64,000 bases of DNA from Isurus oxyrinchus. Lineage: Eukaryota. The position numbers were made by a program, and so were the translations under genes. The DNA is taken from the NCBI GenBank assembly GCA_026770705.1, contig JANJGN010000024.1, forward strand, positions 27,714,001-27,778,000, read 5' to 3'. Below the pieces are notes generated by a model. It was not told where the DNA came from. It did no database searches and worked only from the letters and a program-made list of their open reading frames with translations. Within the stretch, counting starts at the first letter, position 1. Every line of letters starts with the position of its first letter. This document shows, piece after piece, positions 21,556 through 34,000 of the stretch.

Positions 21556-24094
21556 AGGGCTTACTCTTTTTCACCTCAAACAATTCATAATCTCAATACT
21601 TGACAGAATTAAACATGCAGAATAATTAAAATTGCATTTCTTCCCAATTAGCTTAGTTGTTTGAAAAACTAGTAATTTTTTAGTAATTTTCTCTCAATTT
21701 ACTTTGTATTTCGTGCTGCAATTCTCCTTTTCCCCCTTCCGATTATCTAGTGCTTTTTTGGCACTACACCTGCAACACGTAAGAAACCAAAGAATCATTT
21801 TTTTTATTGGAAATAACAAAGAAGTTTAATGGTCCACGAATCTGAGGCAAGTGTACAAGTCTCAGGCTGGAGAGTGACAAACTATGTGCTGATCAGAAAG
21901 TAGATTTGTCAGACTTGTGCACAATGTGAGATAAGATCTCTCATATTTTTCCCAGGAAGTTACAAAGTCATAGCAGAAGCAATCATGAATGAATATGTAG
22001 GCAAATAATACTTTTAACAAAGTTTCTTCTCAATGGGCATCTCTTTAATAGTGAGATTCGCACTATTCAAATTTAGAGTAACACCCTAATCCAGGGAACA
22101 CCATGATTGCAGCACATTATGTTATATGCTGAAAGCCTCAAGGTAACATTCAATCTTCAGTTCAGTTTAAGCAACATAATTTTTGCCTGGGCGTTACGAT
22201 TATCAAACAAGCTTCCTTGGAAGATGCAAAGATGACGCTTGGAAGACTACGGCAGAACTCTGAATCTACATCAACTGGAGTTTTCAACCTTGCTCCACAT
22301 TCTTATGAATCCAGTCGATGCTAAGCTTTCACATTGTTCCAATTCAAATAGTTATCTCCATCCACAAAACATTTCATCTAAATCTCAACATCGCTATGTG
22401 CCAGCAGCAGGGATAATAATATTATCTTGTTCTTGTTCCCCTTATTATCTGAGTCAGTCCCAAAGTGGTACTGAACATAATTAAAGCAAAACATTTCCAA
22501 TGTAAAGAAGCTGGAGGACTCGGGAGGGTTTGTGGGGGGCTGCAGCCTTAGTGTGCTCTATCAGCTGTGATCAGGTGTCTGCAAATCCTGCCACTGCTGA
22601 AGGGACATGGCTGTAAACAGATTTCTGCCAGACTCTAAGCCTTTCTCTATACCTAGATTTGCCAAGGTTGCTATGAAGTTAAATGTCACCATTCCTCATC
22701 ACAAAATAGGTATTTTTCACTTCATATGGCGGAGAAAGATAAAACTGTCTGCTCTGCACTTCAAGATTATCAATTCAAGCTTTTGATAAGTCCCATCATT
22801 GTGATTTTAATTGCTGTAGAAACCATAATATGGTCTGTTTTTCAGGCATGTAAATTTGTTTCATCTCAAGAATGAACAGTCAGAAATTCTTATGCTGAAA
22901 ATGGATTGTGTTGGTACAGCTGGCTTTTAGTGGATATTAATTAGGATAAAGTTAATTGGCTGGGAACCAATAATAATATTGTCTGTTTGATAATGATACC
23001 TACCGATTTCAGACCGAGGACTGCGTGGAACAGCCGCAAAGTTGAATTCCCACACCAGCCCCCACCCCACCTGACAATAACGTTTCAAGAAAGTAAAGGT
23101 TCAGAAGACACCCTACTCTGTAACAGGTGACAGTGTCATTCAATTCCTTCTGTAACAGGTTAATAGGCTTTGACCCAAATACCACGTGCTCATTGGAAAG
23201 CTGTTAGAAAGGTCACAAGAGAGTTCAATAGCACATGTTGGTGTTAGACGTAGAGGAGCTGAGAAACTATGTTTGCAAATGTTTGTGATGGGTGGATAGA
23301 AAAGGAATTTGTGGTCACTAGTCCTTTCCTTACTCCAAATTCTTTTTCCATTAATACAAAGCAATTTGTTTAATACTTGTAAATTCTGGACAGCTGCAAA
23401 ATGTACTTGTAAAGTTGATGAACTTCAAAAGTGTTCTGTACCTTGAGGAAAGAGGCATATAGAAGTCAGCATACAAAATGTCTGTGCGCATAATAAGATC
23501 CTCTGGGACAGCCAACCTAACATTGAACACAATTTCCATACAAGAAGTATATGTTCTGATTTCTCAAGTGTAGGAACAATTCCCACTTCACCCTGAACAG
23601 ACCACAGAGGAATAGGGGTATACCTGAGGCGCTTTCTTATGGAAGCAGAGGTGCAGCTTCAAAAGAGAACAAGTGAGTTAATTAACTGAAGGGCCATTCT
23701 TTACTCTCTCCAAGATTGAGTGAGTGAAGAACACACATGACTCTCAAGGTAGGTTATAAAATTCAACTTCCATTATCAATCAAAACCTCTCCTGAAGTTG
23801 CTTTGGAAGCAGAGGATAGACCCAGAGGCTGGTGATCTCAATAGAAAGACCAGATGCATCTAAAGAATGTGAAAAATCTTCCTGTGTATTATTATTTTCC
23901 TGTTCAATGAAGCAGGCCCTAGTCACAGATGACTACCGAGGATATGACACAAATAAAACGTGGGTTCTATTTTCAGATCTTATTCTGAAGCAGATTAGTC
24001 TCACAAAGTTGACAAACTGTTGGCAACTCACCAAAAAAATTTCTCTTTTTTTTCAGCAATTAAATATTTGTATTGATTTTGACGGTTAGTATGT

Positions 24095-24497
24095 GTCAGC
24101 CATGGCTCAATGGTAACACTCCCACCTCTTTGAGTCAGAAGTTTCTGGGTACGACAATCTATGCTGTCAGAGTTGCTGTCTTTTGAATGAGATGTTAAAC
24201 TGAGATCCCATCTTCCCTCTCAGGTGGTGCAGAAGGTCCCATGATATGATTTTGAAGAAGAGCAGAGAAGTCATCCTTGATGGTCTCGCTAATAATTATC
24301 CCTCAATCAATATCACAGAAAAAACAAATGATTTTGTCATTATCACATTACTGTTGCTGGAGCTTGCTGGACATAGATTGGCTGCTGTATTTCCTACATT
24401 ACCACATTGACTACACTTAAAAATACTTCATTGGCTGTAAACCACTTGAGATGCCCAGTGGCAATGAAAGGCCCCACATAAATGCAAGTCTTTTATT
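24095..24497 (+). mobile_element. Deu-domain SINE (SacSINE1-like), near full length
   Basis: tRNA-like head (TGGCTCAATGG), Deu core GAGATGTTAAACTGAG..CTCTCAGGTGG..GAAGAAGAGCAG, L2-like tail ATAAATGCAAGTCTTT. Confidence 0.75.
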
Positions 24498-24689
24498 TCC
24501 TAGTCAACTCTAACCTAGCTAACATAAAAGCTGTAGGGAATTAGTTGAACTTCCATTGTGTTGCTCACAGTAACATGGAGGCAGTTGTAGGGTGAGCAAT
24601 GTATAAATGCCAACTGTTTGGGTAGTGAACAAAGCAGGGTCTAAGATCAAGTAGGCTATTAAAAGTTTCTATGCATGCCAGCTGCTTAC

Positions 24690-24903
24690 CTCCTCTTCTT
24701 AGAAAAAGGTGTTCAAAATCATGAGGGGTCCAGACAAAGAAATTATTTCCATTGGCAAAACGGTTGAGAACTAGGGAGAAATGGGCAAAAGAATCAAGGG
24801 TGACATGAAGAACCCTTTTTTTTAAATAGAGCAAGAGGTTATGGTCAAGAATGCACTGCCTGAAAGTGTGGTGGAGGGAGATTCAATCATGGCTTTCAAA
24901 AGG
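24690..24903 (+). mobile_element. CR1 ORF2 3' fragment
   Basis: GTGTTCAAAATCATGAGGGGT..AATGCACTGCCTGAAAGTGTGGTGGAG (VFKIMRG..NALPESVVE). Confidence 0.65.
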
Positions 24904-25505
24904 TTGTGCGGGGGCAGGTGGGAGTAAGTGCGAACCAGATCGGCGCCCCCGATTGGGTGCACACCACCATTTTATGGGCAGAACAATTAAGGCTCACCCA
25001 GCGTGACGCTCGCCTGGAAGCGCTCCCTGTGCAGGCGGGGGGAGGGTAGGTGGGGGGAAAGAGATTCCCTGAGTCGGGAGTGCTTCCGTGCCTCAGAGAT
25101 TTGTTTAAGTTTAACATTTCTAAATAAAGTATTATAAAACTTCACATGAACTGGGATATATGAATGATTTTTTAAAAAATTTTATTGAATTTTTAAACAC
25201 TTCATGAAACTCTCATCCCGCCCATGGATGAGGTTCCATGAAAAATGTGAAGGCCGCCTGGGCTCTTCGCCTGCCTGCTAACCTTAAGGTTGGACAGGCA
25301 GCTCTTTTAATTGTTTAGATTAATTTTTAAACAGGCCTTAACAGGCCTTTGACAGTTTGGCGGGTGCACAGCCGAGTCGGCTGCATGCCCGCCAAACTGA
25401 AAATCTAAATAACTCGCAGTGACATCGGGACACCTGCCTGACATCACCGCGCGTCATTTTACATGTCGGCAAGCAGGCCCCGCCTGCCGACCGGAGATTT
25501 CAGCC
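24904..25505 (-). mobile_element. Hairpin-array Harbinger-like MITE copy
   Basis: Reverse homolog of 41832-42504 with the shared hairpins; left end truncated. Confidence 0.8.
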
Positions 25506-25851
25506 GCGTTTTTTTAAAAAAGTTACATTCTCATGCAATGATCAAAGCATTAGTGTCAGGGAAGTGGCCACATTAATTCGAATGGAGACACACAATGTTA
25601 CATAACTGAAACTCAGCTTCAGTCAGGCCAGAACTGAAAATGGCTTTGTTTCTCTGCTGTAAATACTTTCAGTAAGAGAAGGAAGCATGAGGATGGATGG
25701 GGTTTCTCTTTTAAATTAGGACAATTACAGCCATTTAACAGAAATGTTTAAAAAAACTCAGCCACCGCTTGGGCTGGCTTGTGAAAAGAATAAATCTATT
25801 ATCATGTTGAGAGTATGTGAACTTGCATTTATACTCATCACACTCCAAAGT

Positions 25852-26195
25852 TAGAGTCAGAGGTCTACGGCACAGAAAAAGGTCCTTCGGCCCATCGAGT
25901 CTGCGCCGGACAAACAAGTACCTAACTATTTTAATCCCATTTTCCAGCACTAAACCCATAGCCTTATATGCCATGGCATCACAAGTGCACATCTAAATAC
26001 TTCTTAAATGTTATAAGGGTTTCTGCCTCTACCATCCTTTCAGGCAGTGAGCTCCAATATCCTGCCACCCTCTGGGTGAAAAAATTCTTCCTCACTTTCC
26101 TCTAAACCTCTTGCCCCTTATTTTAAATCTATGGCCCCTGGTTATTGATTCCTCTGCCAAGTTCCTTCCTGTCTATGCCCCTCATAATTTTATAC
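25852..26195 (-). mobile_element. CR1 (HER1-like) 3' end
   Basis: Minus strand GATGGGCCGAAGGACCTTTTTCTGTGC tail, preceded by the ORF2 end (FFTQRVA..LPE..VEA). Confidence 0.8.
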
Positions 26196-26712
26196 AGTGG
26201 AAAGCAATTTAACAAAAGTCTCTTCCAGGTTTGGCCATTTAAACAAAATTCTAATGCTTTATGTTATAAATGTTTGAAAAATTAAATATCCAGTGAAGGC
26301 CGCAGAATTGGGCAGAGTAGTTTAGTCTAAGTGGATAATGCAGCTCTTCTACATGAAAAGGAAACCTTTTTTATCCGTGTTTATTCTTGGTTATTTGAAA
26401 ACAGACTTCCAAATTCCACTGCCATAGTGACTAGTGATATACAAGAAACAAAGAAGCTTTATAGTTTCAATGTTTCATAGAAGCAGTACAAATTACATCT
26501 TATTTATGGCTATAAGTGCTTCACGTGTAGGTCCTCTGAGCAGCACAAATGTCAAGAAAATGCCAGTTTTCCTTTAAAAGAGGCATCTATCGATAACTTG
26601 CTTTACTCAGGTTTGTTGTGTGCTTTTTCCCCTATTTCCAATCATTAGATGAAACAGTCTTTTACTTCTGAATATTGTCAATATGGTGAAATTTACACAA
26701 AGCTTGTCAAGC

Positions 26713-27706
26713 TTTTTAAAAATGTATTCATGGGATGTAGGCATCGCTGGCTAGGCCAGCATTTATTGCCCTTCCCTAATTGCCCTTGAGAAGGTGGTGA
26801 TGAGCTGCCTTCTTGAACCGCTGCAGTGCATGTGGTGTAGGTACACCCAAAGTGATGTAACGGAGGGAGCTTCAGGATTTTGACCCGGCAACCTTGAAGG
26901 AATGGCGATATATTTCCAAGTCAGGATGGCAGGTGGTTTGGAGGGGAACTTGCAAGTAATGGTGTTCCCATGTGTCTGCTGCCCTTGTTCTTCTAGATGG
27001 TAGTGGTCGTGGTTTTGGAAGGTGCTATTGAAGGAGGCTTGGTGAGTTTCTGCAGTGTATCTTGTAGATGGTACAAACTACTGTCATTGTGCGCCGTGGT
27101 GGATGGAGTGAATGTTTGTGGATGGGGTGCCAGTCAAGCAGGCTTGTTTGTCCTGGATGGTGTCAAGCTTCTTGAGTGTTGTGGGAGCTGCACTCATCCA
27201 GGCAAGTGGGGAGTATTCCACCACACTCCTGACTTGTGCCTTGTAGATGGTGGACAGGCTTTGGGGAGTCAGGAGGTGAGCCACTCGGTGCAGGGTTCCT
27301 AGTTCTGACCTGCTCTTGTGGCCACAGTATTAATATGGCTAATCCAGTTCAGTTTTTGGTCAATTGTAACCCCTAGGATGTTGATGGTGGGGGATTCAGC
27401 GATGGTAATGCCACTGAATGTCAAATGGCGATGGTTAAATTCTCTCTTGTTGGAGATAAGTCATTGCCTGGCACTTGTGAGGCATGAATGTTACTTGCCA
27501 CTTGTTAGCTCAAGTCTGGATATTGTCCAGGTCTTGTTGCACTTGGACTGCTTCAGTATCTGAGGAGTCGTGAATGGTTCTGAACACTTTGCAATCATCA
27601 GCGAACATCCCCACTTCTGACCTTATGATGGAAGGAAGGTCGTGGATGAAGCAGCTGAAGATGGTTGGGGCCTAGAGCACTACACTGAGGAACACCTGCA
27701 GTGATG
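26713..27706 (-). mobile_element. CR1/L2-group LINE (family X) RT C-terminal half and 3' tail
   Basis: Minus strand GVPQCSALGP..MFADDC RT motifs and HLLTPQSLSTIYKAQVRSVVEYSPLAWMSAAPTTLKKLDTIQDK. Confidence 0.9.
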
Positions 27707-27714
27707 TTTTTCAC

Positions 27715-28015
27715 AGTCACAGTCAATGTTAATTTTGAAATGCAATCATATCATGCAGACCAACAGCAAACCATTTACAAGCCAAGGTCTCAAATAGCAA
27801 TGGTGATAAGTTACTATTTTGCTGAGGAATAAAAATGGTAGCCAGGGAAATTCCATTGTTTTACCTTACATATTGCCAGAGGGTCTTTTACGTCCACCTA
27901 AACAGGCCAGATGGAGTCATCGTTGAATGTCTCAGTGGAATCAACATCTCCAACCACAGAACATTCCTTCAGTATTGGACCGAGGTGTAAACTTTGATTA
28001 TGTACTCAAATCCTG
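27715..28015 (-). mobile_element. Old Deu-domain SINE
   Basis: Reverse complement TGAGACATTCAAC..AGGTGGACGTAAAAGACCC core. Confidence 0.55.
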
Positions 28016-30704
28016 GTACATTAAATAGCATACGAGAATGAAATTTTAAAAAAATAGGAACATAACCTGTCAATGAACGCAGGACAGGCAGGCTAGCAGA
28101 GTGGGCAGATGCAATTCAATGCATAGAATTGTGGTAATAAACTGGGTGGTGTGAAAAGTGGGAGAGAATAAAAACAGAATAAATCACTCGCACTTCAGCA
28201 TCCACTACTGAACGTAGACTCCAGAACTGAAGACTCCAGCCTATGATTCTACAGTCTCTAATTCAGGGTTTTTTTTTAACCCCCACTGATAATCCTTTCA
28301 GAGATTGTTTGTCATCTGGTTTTGGACTGATGCCCTAAAATGTATTTAAAATTGTAAGTTAGCAACAGTTGAGTCAGAGTTACGTAATAGCTAGTAAATT
28401 ATGCTTATACAACATGAACCAAACAACACATGTCTTTCTTTTAGTTCTGAGCCAATAAACCGTTTGGCTTTTTCAAGCTTTAATCTATTAGCAATGCTTT
28501 TCTTTTCCTCTCTTTCTACTCAGTGTGTCTCGCCAGTCAATTTTCCCTTCCCCCACTCCACTCATCCCTCAGATTTTCAACGCCCCGTCCACTCAGTTTA
28601 TTAATCTGGGGTGACCATTCCATCTTTCTTCTATCTGTTCCTGTTGCATCTCTGCAAGAAAATACCAGCATTTCTCAGTTTATTGTTTTGATCTTGGCGC
28701 TAACATCAGCGATAAGTTTGTTTAGCAAATTTCAATACAAAGGGCAAAGAAAGCTTCCTTTTCTGACTTTGCTGTACTGGTTTTGATGTTGCTTTGTGAA
28801 GGCAAGTGTAAGACTCGATTGTTTACCATGGGGAAGGGACAATTAGAGCGTGCATCACCCTCTGGCCAGTTTTTGCACCCATTGTGGTAGACAATTTCTG
28901 GTTCCTAGGCAACAACTTGGGAAAGGGTTGTTCACCTTCCTTTCAGCACAGAAAACCAAGAGGTGCCAAGGAGAAAACTCTTTCTAAAGAGTCTCTATGC
29001 TGAATTAATTGAGGTAAGATGACACGGCTCGCCGCTTCTTATCCATACAAATAAATCCAGAATAAACATTTAGGATGAATCCAAAAACTTAGGCATTAAA
29101 ATTTGCACATCAACTGGCACAAATACTTCAGGCGCCAGAGATTCCAAAATGTGATCTAGTTGAAATAAGTATCGGTTTCTAGTCTAGTTATTTGAAATAA
29201 GCCCACAAATTGGATATATTTTGAAATGGAGGACCTTGATACAGAATGCAAAATCCAAGGATTTTAAACCAAGTTTCTTACTAACAGATTCTCTTTACTG
29301 GGGCCAATAGATCATGGTTGATCTCAAACACTCTTGAAAATAGCTGCCTGTCTTAGAGTTAATTAAGTCAGAATGCAGTTCAAGGATTACTAAAATTATT
29401 TCTCTTCACTGAAGTTCACCAAATTACATTTATGCCATGTTTACAAAGCAGTAACGTGACAGAACAGTCAAATTAATGTTAATACTTACATTGCAGCCAA
29501 AGAAATCTTGAAAAGTTCATGTTAAGTACTCATCAATGTGGAGGATGATTCTTAATGGTGACCATTCCATTAATTAAATATCAATGTTGTGGAAAAGGAA
29601 CTTCTGATCTGACAAGTTTACTACAAATTCAGGATGATCTGCAATGAACATTTTTGCTCCATTTTAAGCAGCAGTCTTCACTGCCCTTGAAAAATATTGT
29701 AAAATCCTTTTCATAAATATCATGCATATTCTAACATTTAAATAGAATGCATTATCATGGGATCTCTTCCAAGAGAGTGAAGCATTAAAATTAGTTTAAT
29801 TTTGTTTATATTCTATATTTCTTTCTTCGCTATGTTTAGGCAATAAAAGTTAATGAAACTTATCTAGAGCAATTACAGTCCAGAACTAGAGGAAATCTTA
29901 ATCAACCTGATCATGTGGGTCAGTAAAGCAAGCTCGGTGAAGAAATGCAAAGAACTATTCCATTTAGACAGTTAAGTAGTGTGTAATTATGAACCAGGCA
30001 GAAATTCTGCGAAGTCTGATAAACAACCAGATTTTAGCTAGAAAGGCTGAAATTGGTTATCTCCATGAACAGGGATTAAGCATGTGAGCACAACATTAGT
30101 GATGGTAAAGAACACAAATGCACACAGATGACCGTGCTTTACAGAAGCTGAAGACTTGGTGAAGATGATTTATCAATTCCAACAGCTTTCCTGCCAGCTT
30201 TACAGGCTGGTTGATGGAAAGAATTACACAACATTTTGGAATTTTCACCCAAGTTCCAGTGATAAATCCTGGAGTGAAGCAGTGAGTCTATGTTATATGT
30301 GTGATAGCTTGTTGCAAACCTACTCTAATGCATCGACTATGCCCACAGGCTGGACTAACAGGGTAACACAATCTGCACGACAGCAATAATAGTTAGTCAG
30401 TTGCTTTTTTGTTGTAGTTTAACAGCGGGCCACCAACTTGTCAAATTACCACTTGAATCTTCAGTTTTTAAATATTTCCCCAATTTGCAGCTGTCACAGA
30501 TAGTCTAGCACCAAACAAATTCAATTTCCCTAGTATGAAAAGATCCCTGCCAACTAAGTAAAGAAAGTTGAGGAATTATATAATTGAGAATATAAATTAC
30601 ATATTACTCTTCCCCGAGTAGGCTCTCTGCAAACCAGGAAAGGAACTGCGTCTTCTCATTCTGTGAAATTGCTGTCAGCTTTTCACACAACACATCAACT
30701 ATTT

Positions 30705-30873
30705 ACTAAAACCCGCTTTCACAGCCATATCTCCTTTCTCAGTGACTGTCTCCGTCTCCGACCTCCGCCGATGCTGCCAGACCTGCTGAGTTTTTCCAGG
30801 TAATTCTGTTTTTGTTTTGGATTTCCAGCATCCGCAGTTTTTTTTGTTTTTTTTTGTTTTTATTTTTATTTTT
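30705..30873 (+). mobile_element. Short Penelope-like insertion (chimeric 5' piece plus 3' tail)
   Basis: 30763-30816 identical to 56513-56566; 13-bp TSD ACATCAACTATTT (30692-30704, 30874-30886). Confidence 0.85.
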
Positions 30874-30939
30874 ACATCAACTATTTTATCGACTCTTTGT
30901 TGTCTCTGAAATTGTGAGCTAAGAGGCCTCCTAAATATT

Positions 30940-31004
30940 TTTAAATTAATTCCTGAGATTTGATTGTCACGAGCAAGGCCAGCATTTATTGTCCACCCCT
31001 AATT
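30940..31004 (-). mobile_element. Family X LINE 3' tail (continues at 35751)
   Basis: GGCCAGCATTTATTGTCCACCCCTAATT continues as GCCCTTGAAG at 35751, as in the intact copy at 26753-26795. Confidence 0.8.
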
Positions 31005-34000
31005 ACATACAAACAAGGAGCAAGAGTGGGCCATTCAGCCCCTCAAGCCTGCTCCGCCATTTAATAGGATCATGGCTAATCTGATCATAACCTGAAATCT
31101 GCATCCCACCTACTCCTGATAACCTATCACTCCCTTGCTTACCAAGAATCTATCCATCTCTGCCTTAAAAATATTCAAAGACTCTGCTTCTACCGCCTTT
31201 TCAGGATGAGAGTTCCACAAAGGCTCATGACCCTCTGAGTGAAACAATTTCACCTCATCTTTGTTTTAAATGGGCGACCCCTTATTTTTAAACAGTGACC
31301 TCGAGTTCTATATTCTCTCACAAGACAAAATGTCCTCTCCACATCCACCCTGTCCCTCAGGATCTTATATGTTTCAATCAAGTCGCCTTACTCTTCTAAA
31401 CTCCAGCAGATGCAAGCCTAGTCTGTCCAACCTTTCATCATAAGACAACCCACCCATTCCAGGTATTAGTCTGGTAAACCTTCTCTGAACTACTTCCAAC
31501 ACATTTATATCCTTCCTCAAATAAGGTGACCAATACTGTACACAGTACTCCAAATGTGGTCTCACTAGTACCCTGTACAACTGGGGAGGCAGTGGCATTG
31601 TCTCTAACTGGTATTCCAGAGATCCAGGGTAATGCTCTGGGGACGCAAGTTCAAATCCCACCATGGCAATCTGGAATTAAAAATCTGATGATAACCATGA
31701 AACCATTGCCGATTGACACTTATGTCTCGTTAGGGAAGGAAATCTGCTGTCCTTACTTAGTCCGGCCTAGGTGTGACTCTAGGCCCACAGCAATGTGGTT
31801 TACTTTTGAATGCCCTCTGAACAAGGGTAATTAGGGATCGGCAATAAATGTTGGCCTAGCCTGTGACACCGACCTCCCATAAACAAATTAAAAAAAGCAT
31901 AACCTCCCTACTTTTGTATTCAATTCCCCTCATAATAAATGATAACATTCTGTTAGCTTTCCTAATTACTTGCTGTACCTGCATACTAACCATTTATGAT
32001 TCATGCACTAGGACACCCAGATCCCTCTGTGCCTCAGAGCTCTGCAATCTCTCACCATTTAAATAATATGCTTCTCTTTTATTCGTCCTGCCAAAATGGA
32101 CAATTTCACATTTTCCTACATTATACTCCATTTGCCAGATCTTTGCCCACTCACTTAACCTATCTATATCTTTTTGTAGACTCCTAATTTCCACTTCACA
32201 GCTTTCTTTCCTACCTATCTGTGTCAACAGCAAATTTGGCAATCATCCCATATGTCCCTTCATCCAAATCATTTATATAAATTATAAACAGTCGAGGTCC
32301 CAGCACTGATCCCTGTGCCATACCACTTGTTAATCTAGCCAACCTGAAAAATACCCATTTATGCCAACTCTCTGCTTCCTGTTAGTCAGCCAATCTTCTA
32401 TCCATGCCAAATGTTACCGCCTATATCATGAACTTTTATTTTCTGCAATAGTCGGTGATGTGGCACTTTATCAAATGCCTTCTGGAAATCTAAGTACAGT
32501 ACATCCACCGGTTCCCCTTTTATCCACAGCACATGTCACTTCCTCAAAGAACTTCAATAAGTCGGTTAAACATGATTTCTCTTTCACAAAACCATGTTGA
32601 CTCTGCCTGATGGCCTTGAGCTTATCCAAGTGCCTTGCTATATTTTCTTTAATAATACCTGAGAGCATTTCCCCTATGACAGCTGTTAAGCTAACTGGCT
32701 TGTAGTTTCCTGCTTTCTGTCTCCCTCCCTTTTTGAATAATGGAGGTACATTTGCTATCTTCCAATCTAATAGGATCTTCCCCAAATCTAGGGAGTCTTA
32801 GAAAATTAAAACCAATACATCAACTATCTCATTAGATGCTTCTTTTAAGACCCTAGGATGGAGTCTATCAGGTCCTGGGCACTTGTCAGCCCGCAGCTCC
32901 AACACTTTACTCAGTAGCACTCCTCTAGTGACTGTAATTTTCCTGGCTTCCTCTCCCACTTCCTTGACTGGTTTTTAGTTTCTTCTGAGATGTTACTTGC
33001 ATCCTCTATAGTGAATAATGACGCAAAATACTTGTTCAATTTATCTGCCATCTCCTTGTTTTCCATTATCAATTCTCCAGACTCACTTTCTATAGGACCA
33101 ACGCCACTTTGTTAACTCGTTCCTTTAAAATATTTATAAAAACTCGCCATGTTTTTATATTTCTGGACAGCTTTCTCTTAAACTCTAATTTTTCCTTCCT
33201 GTTTAATCTTTTAGTCATTCTTTGCGGTTCCTTATATTCTGTTCAATCTTCTGACCTGCTACCTAGCTTTGCACATTTATATGCCTTTTCTTTAAGTTTG
33301 ACACTATCTTTAACCTTTCTAGTTAACCCACAGATGGTGTGTCCATCCCTTGGATTTTTCTTACTTGTTGGAATGCATCTATTCTGTGCATTCTGAAATA
33401 TCCCCCTAAATATTAGCTACTGCATCTCTATGGACCTATCCCTTAACCTGATTTGCCAATTCACTTTAGCCAGCTCTGCATTCGTTCCCTCATAATTGTT
33501 CTCGTTGACCACTCCTCTCTCCCTCAAACTGAATGTAAAATTCAATCATACTGTGGTCCCTGCTACCTAGGGATGCCTTCACTATGAGATCATTAATTAC
33601 TCCTATCTCATTGCACAATACCAGGTCTAGTATAGCCTGCGCTCTGGTTGGCTCCATAACATACTGTTCTAAGAAACTATCCCAAAAACATTCAATGTAC
33701 TCCTCACTTAGGCTATCTTTGCCCATCTGACTTTTCCAGTTTGTATGGAAATTAAAATCTCCCATGATTATCGCCGTGCCTTTCTGACAAGCTTCAATTA
33801 TTTCTTTCTTTATGCTCCAAGCTACTATGTGGTTACTATTAAGGAGCCTGTACACGACTCCCACAAGTGACTTCTTAACTTTACCATTTCTCATCTCTAC
33901 CCAAGTCGTTTCCGCATCCTGGTTTCCTGAACTTAGGTCATCCCTCCCTATTGTGCTAATACCATCATTAACTAACAGAGCCACCCCTCCACCTTTTCCT

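Noticed and set aside
23280-23560. Integrase-like words (FKSVLYLEERGI*KSAY)
   Set aside because: Too short and degenerate to call a Gypsy integrase remnant.
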